A stretch of DNA of 63,027 bases, filler included, from Choristocarpus tenellus KU-1152 (Eukaryota > Protista > Phaeophyceae): the NCBI GenBank assembly GCA_964200185.2. It is 12 parts of 12 records of this genome, joined end to end, with 100 filler letters (N's around TTAATTAATTAA, not from the genome) between each part and the next. Parts side by side here need not be neighbours in the genome. Positions count along the whole stretch, not along the records: positions 49,823 to 52,522 come from CAXNAD020025532.1; positions 52,623 to 55,426 come from CAXNAD020024603.1; positions 55,527 to 63,027 come from CAXNAD020006060.1; 9 more parts are not named here. The stretch is one strand, 5' to 3'. Below the pieces are notes generated by a model. It had not been told where the DNA came from, did not search any database, and saw only the letters and a program-made list of their open reading frames with translations. The position numbers and the translations under genes are program-made. Shown here piece after piece: positions 50,013 to 60,700 of the stretch (position 1 is its first letter; each line of letters starts with the position of its first letter).

Positions 50013-52287
50013 TGTTCCTATCAAGCTCCAGAGTGTGACTCAAGCATGATAAAACAAAAAATCTTGAGTATATGAGAGTGTGCCCTAAGCTCCAATGAGC
50101 AAAAATACCGAGTCAGGGAAAGGTCACGGAAAATCGAGGACCGAGTATTTCTAAAACTTATTACTTGATGTGGCACTGTATAGATCTGGTGTCGATTTTA
50201 CTACTGACTATCGATCATCTATGCCCCCTACCATGTTGATTTTTCTTGAGGGATACTCCACTTCCTCGCACCTCATAATCTTCCAGTCCCACCTCGCACC
50301 CCTTCTATGCAAGATATATACTCCACTTCAGAGGCAAGATCCAAATACCCTATCTATCGCCCCATTCACAGCGATTTCATGTTGGCCGACGACAAACAGA
50401 TAGAGCCAAAAGAAAGTTATAAAACCGACCTGTCCATATGACAGTGTGGTAGTGCCGTAAATGGCTGCGACTGGAAAACGAACAAGATATGCCCTCTCTT
50501 TTCTATCTGTATCGGGTATGGGAGGGAGTCTTTACTAGCTGTGGGAACAACTAACGTATACAAATCAGAAGTAGGATGCTGCGTCTGGAAGAAGTAATCC
50601 TTATGGAGAGCTGAAAATCATGGCTGCGGTCAATATACGGTCGATTGTAGACTTCCACCATACCGTGCCACTTGTAATCGATGTATGATGTAGTACTAGC
50701 CTTGGTCATGGGAATTTCTCCTGCCAATAGAGGCCTACTTCAAATCTCAACATCGCTTAGGACTTTACGGCGAGGTTGTACGACTGGTGATCGGTGTTGG
50801 TACACGGTAGGTATATATTACATTCAAGACTTGTACGTAAACCACTAAGTCTCACTCCCATTGCATCATCATCAGAGCTTGTGCTTACCCACGACCTTCC
50901 ATCTGGTGCCCCCCATAGTACCATAACCCGATCACCTCCAATCCAATGGTATTTACAATAGTGGCCCTATTTTCAGTGGAAAAGGAAAACGTGGGGAAGA
51001 GGGGTACTACAAGGTGAATATTGGACATGGACCAATCCAGGGGGCGTCTATGATCAGGACACAGTGCGATGCTGCTTTACAGACAGAGCGACCACTTCCC
51101 CCTGTTTGATTTGACAGTTCTAGTCACGGTGCTTAGGAAGGAGACCCCTGTAAATTTGGAACTGTTTTGGGTCTCCATCAAGGTTTGGAATGAAGGTGAT
51201 TGAACATAGTATCGAACCGATCATTCAAGCCTAAGGGTGATAAGACCAGTCGCTCGAATTTGTCATAAAAACAAACAGATATGACATTTAAGTAAACTGA
51301 AAGGGAAGTAGTTGTAGGACAAACCCTGGTCCACAACACACAAAGTGATATATATTAATACGAAACTTACCCAACCCTGTCGTTTTACTCGTCTTCCGTT
51401 TCCAATATATGTGATCACCTCCTGTGTCGTCCAGCTGTGCAACCACACCATGCACGAGGGGTAGCATTTCCGTCCTGGACACCAAGGAATCAGCCTCCAC
51501 TCACAAACACACCCAAACACGTTTCTACTTCTATTTTTTAAAGTTTGAGGCCCTGAGACGTATCTTGTGGAAAGACATCGAACTTGAGGTTGAAGGGTTT
51601 CCGGGTAGATGCTTGTTCCCGTAAAATTCTTATTGTCTATTTATTCCAGAGTTGAATATACACTATTTAGAATATAGAGGTAGATCGATGTAGCACATAC
51701 ATTGGTCAAAAAGTGAAGCGAGAGGGAAGGCGTTTTGTCTCTTTATTGACGTTGGCTGTTGTGAGTCAGCGTTTTTGGTGACTGTTTCTGGAATGAATTT
51801 AGGGTTCAAACCCAGACTTTTCTTCTTAGAAAAGTGGTTCCATTATTTAATTCCATTTGGCAACCACAACATATTGTACACAGCTATTATACCTATAATA
51901 ATACTTGTTGAAAATGGTGGGGATATTTGGACGTACAATAACAAGGGACATAGGAGAAATACTTCAAAGAATGTTAAAATCATTCCTGTCGTTGTGATAG
52001 TGTCCAGATCGAGGGTAGAAAGTATACGTTGGTGTAGTTCGGTGTAGTTTGTGACCCCATTATGATGGTTAGGTGTGAGCAAGAACTTGGTCACTGTGCC
52101 CGCCTTGGGTAATGGAGGACCTGGTTTTTCTTCCTTATGTAATGAACGATTGTTGGCCTCCATTAACCAAGCATCCGGTTCTTTCTCTTGGTACAGTACC
52201 TACCCCGATTTTGTTCACCCATGGGTATGCCCGAAAAAGCGGCACACAATCTACATGGTATAATATCGATTTGCAGGGTTAGGGTTA

Positions 52288-52391
52288 GCTAGAATCAATC
52301 GTCGAAGCAACTAATTAATCGTGGTCAGCTGGGAAATCAATCATCGAAGCGACTGAATAATCGTGGCGAGCTGGGAAATCAATCGTAAGCT
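52288..52391 (+). repeat. ~41-bp tandem repeat, ~2.5 units
   Basis: agctgggaaatcaatcrtcgaagcractraataatcgtgg repeated, immediately after a TTAGGG tract. Confidence 0.8.
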
Positions 52392-53293
52392 TCATGGATA
52401 GGATGGAAACGATTACGAGCTCTTTTTTTTAACTCCCGCCTCGCCATAAGGAAGGAGAATACTGTATGCGCCTTTTACCTCAGAGTCTCTTCTGTCTTTC
52501 TAAAACATATTGTCGCTCTCCTNNNNNNNNNNNNNNNNNNNNNNNNNNNNNNNNNNNNNNNNNNNNTTAATTAATTAANNNNNNNNNNNNNNNNNNNNNN
52601 NNNNNNNNNNNNNNNNNNNNNNTTCGCGATGGGCAGAAAAGAAAAATATGATGCACCCAGCCAGCCAGGATGAGGCATTGTTATTACCACACCAACGGGG
52701 TATGTATGAGTGGGGAGGGGTGTTATTCAGCGGCCTGGCCTAATAATAAAACAAACAAGAACGCTTTTTATTGTTCGTGTGTAAGCAACACAGACACAGC
52801 ATGTGGTTGCCCACGAAGGAGAGGGTTTGGTTCACAAAATGACGCATCGTGTGTTTATTAATTCAGGCAACACCGCAACGGTTCGGGTAAGGAGTGAACC
52901 TTACCCGGGGGAGGGGGAGGGGGACGGGGTATGATACTCAGTGGCCTGGCCTATCTAGTGCTGAAAGAAGAAACTGTTCACTTTGTCTGTGATTTTGCAC
53001 ACACACATACTACATGATCACCCGAAAATCAAGCATTTGATTGACAGGGTTGCTAAACGCGGGATAACTATCTCAACTTAGGTTGAATAGGAGGACACAG
53101 AGAGATCCTCACAACAGCTGTAACCGAACAAGAGGAGGAGTAGAGTGCCACCATCCCACCAACGNNNNNNNNNNGAAAGGAGGATTGATGGGGCAGGATG
53201 GACGGGTCTGACACGTCAGGAGAAGGCGACACTTTGTTTTATCTCGGTAGGAGTAGAGTGCCACCATCCCACCAACGTTGACAACTCCCTCAC

Positions 53294-54193
53294 CATTGTG
53301 TACATTTTGCGGATCTCTGCTAGTGACACTTCTTTCTTCTTCGTCTGGTACTTGATAGCTTCTTGGAGCTCGTGCCGAAAATATACCTTATCGTACAGCG
53401 TGCGCTCAACCACACTCTCGGTCGCGTCATTGAATGCTATAAGCACGGCGGTGGAGTGGGCAAATAGGGCAAGGGGTAGGTGGGAAGCGATCACGGGACA
53501 CACGCGGCAGGCAGTAGTGAGCAACATGTTGCTGCTGACAGAAAGACCACAAGGGATAAAAAAGATCAACAACGAACAGATCAACAACGGGCTGACTGAC
53601 GATGAACCAAACAAAGGAAACACGGCAACAACTTGGTAGATCAGAAGAGTCATCAGGTGATCATGGAACAACGACAACACTCAACTTACTTAGTTGCTTA
53701 GTTGATCAGAAGAGTCAGGCGATGATGGAACAGCGACAACACTCCATCACCCACCATTGGCAATTAGCCTCTCTTCTGCTTGGTTGAACTCCATGGAGAC
53801 CCGCATCATGAAAGTGCGTTCGTGATCACTCTCTCTCTTCAACACCGTTATTCTATGGTTTCCGTCCAGTGTTTGTCCTTGAATGGCAAGCGCAGTGTCG
53901 GCGGTGAGCTGGTCCCCGTTGCCTAAGCAGTCTCGTTGGATGACGATGGATGGAGCAAACTACTCGAGCCAGCCTTTTTCACGGATAGACTTGCTGACGC
54001 GCGCAAGGCTATGCTCGCTCAGGGGACGCACCATCTCCGTGCATGTGATGTTGCGGAGTTTCATCTTGTACATGCCGAGGTAGTGCTGTTCGAGGAGCGA
54101 GGACATTGCCTTGGCATTGCTGTCCGACGCTCTCGATCTGTGGGCAGCGCCATTGGCGAGCAGGGGGGTCATTGTTGAGCGAATGTTGGACAT
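53294..54193 (-). pseudogene. ParB/Srx-domain gene, copy 2. Exons 54193-53755 and 53436-53294; one nonsense change (CAG>TAG at 53960-53962)
   Basis: VRPLSEHSLARVSKSIREKGWLE*FAPSIVIQRD...QTLDGNHRITVLKRE...ERLIAN|AFNDATESVVERTLYDKVYF. It shows the ParB-type R-x-L...SI-x-x-x-G-x-L-x-x-x-P, DGNHR and LxxN motifs. Confidence 0.78.
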
Positions 54194-54309
54194 GGCGAAG
54201 ATTGGGAAGGTGTGAAGGGGATAGATAAGAAAGAGCTGGTGGTGGTATGTGCGGAAGGGAAGGAATGGAAATGAGGAGTGAGGGCTGGGAGGTGCTGTTT
54301 TATTTCATC

Positions 54310-55384
54310 TGGTCGGTCGGTGCCCAAAGAACTCAGATTTCTCTTTCCATTGATAATTGTGTTCCAAAAAATATGAATATCGAACAGTATACAATTTCAT
54401 ATTTCAAACTGATAGAGAGTATCAGTTTTTTGTGACCTTTTCGTTTCGGAATATTTCAAACGTATTAGATCAACGAAGTATGCGGTTTGTATTTTTATTT
54501 GTTGATATTAAGAATAGAATATTATTTTTATATCATAAAAATCAGAATACACGTATTTTCAAGAACATGGATTTCAAGCTGGTTGGTCGGTCCCCAAAGA
54601 ACTCAGATTTCTCTTTCCGTTGATAATTGTGTTCCAAAAAATATGAATATCGAACAGTATACGATTTCATATTTAAAACAGATAGAGAGTATCAGTTTTT
54701 TGTGACCTTTTAGTTTCGGAACATTTGAAACGTATAAGATCAATTATGTGGTTTGTATTTTTATTTATTGATATTACGAATGTAATCGAATTCTTAATTT
54801 CTAAAAACCATAATGTACGTATTTTCCGGATCATGGATTTCAGGGTTATCCGACGGATCGCCCAAAATTCAAAGTTCGCTTTCCGTCAACATTTGTATTT
54901 TTTTTAAAGACAAATGTCGAACAATATAAGATTTTGTATTTAAAACAATTAGACGGTATCAGTTTTTTGTGACCTTTTAGTTTCGGAACTTTTGAAACGT
55001 ACAAGATCAATTAAGTATGTGCTTTGTACTTTTATTTATTGAAATTACGAATATAATCGAATTTTTAATTTCTAGGAACCATAATGCACGTATTTCCGGA
55101 TCATGGATTTCAGGGTGGTCGGACGAATCGCCTGAAACTCAAACATCGTTCATACGCCCGGCTTCGAATTCATTTCTATCGTGCCCAAGACCGACTGTTG
55201 CCTGAAACCAGATTAGAATCTATTTTTTATTTCATCACAGCGAGAATAAACGCGTTTTCCAGAACACGTATTTAATTCTGGTCCAATGGATCTCTTCAAA
55301 CTCAAACATCGTACGCCCGGCTTCAAATTCAATTCACTCCTAGACCTTCTCACTGCCCAAGACCGCCTGTTGCCCGAAAACACC
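54310..55384. repeat. Tandem arrays: three ~270-bp units, then ~1.5 units of ~160 bp
   Basis: ctctttccrttgataattg at 54341 and 54611 (period 270), a third unit from ~54846, and aaactcaaacatcg near 55135 and 55298. Confidence 0.92.
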
Positions 55385-55778
55385 ATGGCAGTTGCTCCCA
55401 CAGCAAGGGGGTGGCTATTTTCGCCTNNNNNNNNNNNNNNNNNNNNNNNNNNNNNNNNNNNNNNNNNNNNTTAATTAATTAANNNNNNNNNNNNNNNNNN
55501 NNNNNNNNNNNNNNNNNNNNNNNNNNGGGGGCCAGAGTAAGGACTAGCACTATTTTGCTCGCGAACATGAGTGTAGGGAAGATTACCTTCATAATTCAGA
55601 AACAAGAAACAACCGCTATTGTTCAGAGTACTACTGCAGGAGTTGAAGTTGGGTTTCAATGAACCGGCAAAATGCATACTATTGATGCACAAATCGCCCA
55701 ACGGTGAGGAAAATGACAAGAAAAAGGGATAATTTTATTTGGGCTCCTTTCTCCTATTTTCATCTGATGCTCGATTAC

Positions 55779-56675
55779 CTGATTACCATGTTCCGATCCA
55801 GGCGGTGAACGACTTCGACTGAAGGAAATGCTGCCATCACCCCTCCTGAAGTGCCGCACTCAACATCCAATACCTCTGTGCTGGTTTGCGTTGCAGGGGG
55901 GTGATTGAGTGGGCAGGGCGAATAGAGCGTGCATCCGACGTTTACTATATGTGCAATACTCTGGTAAACTTGACATTATTCCACTGTCTCGGACTGAGGT
56001 CAGACCTGGACGTTCTTGGGGTAGTCCTCAGTGGACAACGTTGAAAGTCCTACCTTGGTGATTGATGTTTCTCGCCTAGGAACGCATGTTAAACACATTA
56101 TATTTTGATGCCCATATTTCTCGGGGTGATTATTGACTGACTCTCCACTCACGTGGCGACTGAAATCGGTACTTCAGTGAGCTTGTAGAGGAAGGGGACA
56201 ACATAGTGGAATCCTGGTGCTTTCACTTCGTCCAGGAGACTCCCACCGAACCACAAAACTCCAACAGAGCCCTCACCAACAACCTGGAATGCTGATGCAG
56301 AGGGGAATGTGGACATCTTTTTATCAGATGTACTCGAACTGTACCAGTCCCCTGTCCGTTGATGGGTGAGAATTGGAAAAGGCTGAACCCTAAAATGTTG
56401 GCTAAGACTCAAGAATATCTCCGTGTTCATTTGGACTCCAAGAGAACTAGATATATTTCCAAACGCATTTCCAGTCGAGGGGCGAGAGGAGGTGAGGGCA
56501 TTGAAGAAAATAGTGTTACACAGCGCAGCAAATGAGATACCAAAGAATGCACTTCTTTGCTGTCTCGTCACAAATGTCTTCCCTGCCAACGCTTACAATA
56601 TGGGGATAGAAGGATGGGGACGAGAGCACAGACGACCCCCAAGGATCCCAGAATAACAAGAGCTCTCTGTGGCAT
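55779..56675 (-). CDS. Erlin-like SPFH/band-7 protein, 5' part. Exons 56675-56597, 56291-56153, 55880-55779 (or 55787)
   Basis: MPQRALVILGSLGVVCALVPILLSPY|SFQVVGEGSVGVLWFGGSLLDEVKAPGFHYVVPFLYKLTEVPISVAT|TEVLDVECGTSGGVMAAFPSVEVVHRL. It has an N-terminal TM anchor and the erlin hallmarks EGxVGVxxxGGxLL...PGFH and CGTSGGV. Confidence 0.88.
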
Positions 56676-57757
56676 AGTGTTGAAGTGTCCTTGAGCAACC
56701 TGGAGTTCACATGTAAAATCAAACACTCTTGTTGTCCAGGATTTGTTTTGGTGTTATGTATAAAATATTAGTGTGAGAGTCAAAATTGGGAATCTTAATA
56801 TTTTATTGCATTCAAGACTTGAGATTGAACACACACACCTTTAACTTATTTCCAGCTCCACGATACCCTGATCTTGGGCATCTCAGGGTAAAGAGTCAGC
56901 ATTCAGTATAACCTTCTAGGTGAGCAGTAGCCTTGTGAGGAAGTTTGGGACATGGTCTGGATCTAATATGCCGACCCAGGAGGGTAAATCGATTATGGAA
57001 GTAGTGTTTTGCTTCACCTTACGTCTGATTCCTCGTGGAGGTGCCTGAGCTTGCCAAGCTAGGTCATCCCTAGTAAATGCGCTCACCTCTAGTGCTAGTA
57101 GTATCTTCTCCTGATACTGTGCTTCTTTAACGGACTTGATATCCGGAGGTCTGATTCTTAGTGACCCACTGAAACGTATTGAAAGGTATTTTAACACTAT
57201 TGTTGTGTGTAACTCTCTCACTTGCACTGTCCTCCCTCCCTGCATTCTTATCTTCTACTAGTTGACTTCGTCCTGAAACCGAGATCAGCGTTAATAACAG
57301 CATCGGCATCGAGTAGTGCAAGCTCGCTCCTGGTAGACTTGTAGGCATCCCACCGTTAACCGACAACAGAAGCGAGGTACCTGACCCCATCTATGCCGCT
57401 TGGCTTGCCCCTGTGTTACCACAAGAAAGACCTGTCCAGGTTCATCTTGAAAGGATTTTCACTTCAGACGTGCACCCACGCTACCGTCTGTGCACTACCT
57501 GAAAGCAACCACATGTAGAGGGGGTTTATAGTAGTTCGTTGGAGCTCCAGGTACAGGCGACTCGTCTACCTTTCCCCAGAAGACCCGAGCTTTTAAGACA
57601 TCCAATCGAACGGGACAGACTCTGTCCGTCCAGGAACGGAGTGTGAGGATATTGTCGCCGGTGATTCCGATCGCAAGCTCGACTCCACGGTATAGCAAGG
57701 AGGTGGTTCAGTTACAGGTACGCTTAACTGCGAGAACGATTGTAAGACGTCGCAAAG

Positions 57758-60700
57758 ATGGATGGTGCTGCGAATGGGGATAAGGGTATGGCCGACCAGG
57801 AAAATTCTTCGCAGCAACATCAGCAATCCACGGAGCAGACACCTCGGCCACGGACAGAAGCAATTCCGAGGGGGCCAGAACATGCTAAGGCTTCTGTGAC
57901 TACCCTCTTGCCTGCTACAACCCCCCAAGTCCCTTTGTCCACATTGTTTAGCGCTGATAGGATTAAACGAACCCTTCCGAACCACGGGAGAAAGGGGGAA
58001 CGGTATCCCATTGAAGGGATGGGGCCAGCCCGGGAGCCGAGACGTGCATCAAGCTCACCCAAGGGACGCACAGTTGGCCCTGAGGCATGGGCTAGCCAGG
58101 GCTTGGCAGCAACTGCTGCAAGAAAGAGTAGGGCACACTCAACCAAGGCTGCTGGGAATGGGGACTTGAGGTGGGCCAAAGGGGTTGCTGGGGGAACGGG
58201 AAAGCAGGGGGAGACATTGGGGACAGCTGTTGAACAAGGGGAGGCAGGGGGTGGTGGGGCAGAAGGTGGTACAGGGGAAGGGGAAGGAGCTGACCCTGGA
58301 GTGTTGCCGCCTTCACTAGTGAAGTTAGACCCGAGAAAGGAAAAAGAGGCTGAGCTTCTCAAGACCATTACGGTGCGTTTTCCCCGTGTTTTTTCTCTAT
58401 TTGTTGAGTGTATTGGTCACAAGTGGGCTGTGTCCTAGTGGGTTGAGGGTGATGGAAGTACTGGTGTCTATCTATCTGGATGGGGCCTTTTTTGTCAGTT
58501 TCACAATTTATGTTGTAGGCTGCATACAAGGGAGTCTGCTACATCAACTTCTAGAGCTCGATGTAAATGACCAGTCTTTATATTGTCATGTTTTGGCTTT
58601 GTAAGTAGTGGTTTTTCTTACAGCAGTTTGTCCGTGATGGGTGAAATGTTGCAGTAGATTTTGTTATTATTATTATCATTATTGTTATTGTTGTCCTTAC
58701 TCCACTGGATATCCTTTCATTTATTCTGTGCTACAAACAACTATATTTTGTGGATGTGGTATGTCCTGGGTTGCAGCCTTAACCTCACATATATATATAT
58801 ATGTTTACATATTTTAATATCTGTTAAGTATTGAAAATGCGGCATGGATGCGTGCTGTTTGTAAAGTGCATAATGAAAAAAAGAAGTATGTGATGGCACT
58901 CTTTTTGTCACACAAAATTAATAAATATATCTAAACAACATTGGCACGTGCGTCATGGGGTGCAGATCACTCACATACTCGATATAGAGATCATCTTCTT
59001 GATGGTGAGAAACCTTTCTGTGGGATGTGGTTTGGCTGAGTGTGTATCCCAGTTAGGATTGCACCCTAACCAATGGAGAGGATATCTCAATGCTGTGTTT
59101 GTCATGGGTGTGGGTGACAAAATCTAGACCCCCCCTTTTTTTCTGTGAATGTTGAAGAACGGTATTGAGATGGAGTGTGTGTCATGTAGAGAGTTGGCAG
59201 TATGTAGTTGTTAGGGGGGTGTTTTTTGCACAATACTGCAGGTAGGCCTCTCAGACTTTGGGTGTCTGTTTCTTACAGTGAATATTTCTTGCCATAGGAT
59301 GTAGTATGTAGTATGTAGGTAGTATGCAGTGTCTAGTATGTAGTATGTAGTATATAGTATGTAGGTAGATAATATGTAGCTTATTCTTGCAATAGGGGTG
59401 TGTAGTATCTAGTATCTAGTGTGTAGTATATAGTTTGTAGTATGTAGTATATAGTATGCGGTATGCAGTTTTTTGTTGCAATAGGGGTATGTAGTTTGTA
59501 GTATCTAGTATGTAGTATGTGTTTATTCTTATGATAAGCGTATGTAGTATGTAGTGTGTAGGTAGTATTTAGTATGTAGTTTATTCTTATGATAGGGGTA
59601 TGTAGTATATATTATGTAGCGTGTAGTGCAGCAGTACTTGTTTGTGTAAGGTGTTAATACACTGAGGCTGTGTTAAAATAGGTGTAGGTCATTATTTCAA
59701 GTTTGTAAAGGACAAATCAGTGTGGTGAGGTTTGTATATAGGGTTAGAGTTGAGAGTTATGGATGTGGGTTGGGGCTTGGGTTAAGTGTTAGGGATGGGG
59801 TCAGGGTTTAAGATTAGGATTAGGGGTAGGGCTGAGAGTTAAGGGTTAGTGAGAGATTTCTATTGTGTTACGTAGACGTATGGAAGCACAAATAAACTAC
59901 GAAAGTTGCGGTAGGCTATGGAGAAATCACGCATACTTGTATGATACTTTTAAGCGCCTCTCAAGGTTTGGAGATCCTACCCTGTTCTTTTTTGTTTCTT
60001 TTTTTGGGGGGGGCTGTTGAAGACGTTTTGCTTCTTTCCAGTCTGTTGAAGCCAAGGGTGCGCGCTTTAAACAATGTGTGTGTTTGTGTGTGTGCAACTA
60101 ATGTGTGTGTGTGTGTTTGTGTGTGTACAACTAATGTGAGTGTGTGTGTTTGTGTGTGTACAACTAATGTGTGTGTGTGTGTTTGTGTGTGTACAACTAA
60201 TGTGTGTGTGTGCGGTAAAAATAAATAAGCCTGCTGTTCATTTGTCTGAAAGTATTTATATACATGTATATATATATATTAATATCTATTAATATATTGT
60301 AAGTACGACGAACGCCCTGTACCGTGCGCTTCCCGTAATTCAGGTACGAAGAATGACCTCGTGTATGCAACACCTTAGGAGATATTTAGGTTTTCGATCA
60401 AGGTTCAGATGTAGGGTTAGGGAAGAGGCAAGAGAAGGGGTTGTGTATTAAAGTTGAGTCAAAGTATCTTAGAGGGTTGAGCCGCGTCCATTTTGGGGGC
60501 CAAAACTCATTGTTGTGATTTTGGTGTAATTTTTTTGGCGATCATGTTTGGTAGTAAGTGTCGACGTCCTTGTTCCAGACACACCTGTTCATAACGTGCA
60601 CATTTTACCTACTCCAAAACATTTCAGAGCAGGAAAAGTGTCATTAAAAAAAAAAACGTGGGAAGCCAAGCCCCAAATGGATGAACAAGGCAAAACTCGT

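Larger units (their letters stand above)
52623..55426. mobile_element. Repetitive element copy 2: ParB-like gene (-), tandem arrays, transposase start at 55385 (+)
   Basis: Homologous to 40033-42425 and fills the whole contig. Confidence 0.8.

Noticed and set aside
51288-52260. Exon-like minus-strand pieces (EADSLVSRTEMLPLVHGVVAQLDDTG; 51843-52163)
   Set aside because: No recognisable domain and no convincing splice chain; left unannotated.
53137-53280. Direct repeat flanking a 10-N gap in element copy 2
   Set aside because: Sits at a scaffold gap; may be an assembly artefact or small intronic duplication, and cannot be interpreted.
40481-54193. ParB-like gene as bacterial or plasmid contamination
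   Set aside because: It is split by GT-AG introns conserved in both copies, and one copy hosts the same MITE found across the eukaryotic contigs.
3707-55526. TTAATTAATTAA palindromes flanked by Ns as a biological repeat, and gene clustering across them
   Set aside because: Identical fixed-length assembly linkers. Neighbouring contigs need not be linked, so no cross-contig cluster (for example JmjC with NEDD8 and H15) is claimed.
57820-58368. 182-aa Pro-rich minus-strand ORF
   Set aside because: Antisense shadow of the Gly-rich first exon of the TPS-like gene.
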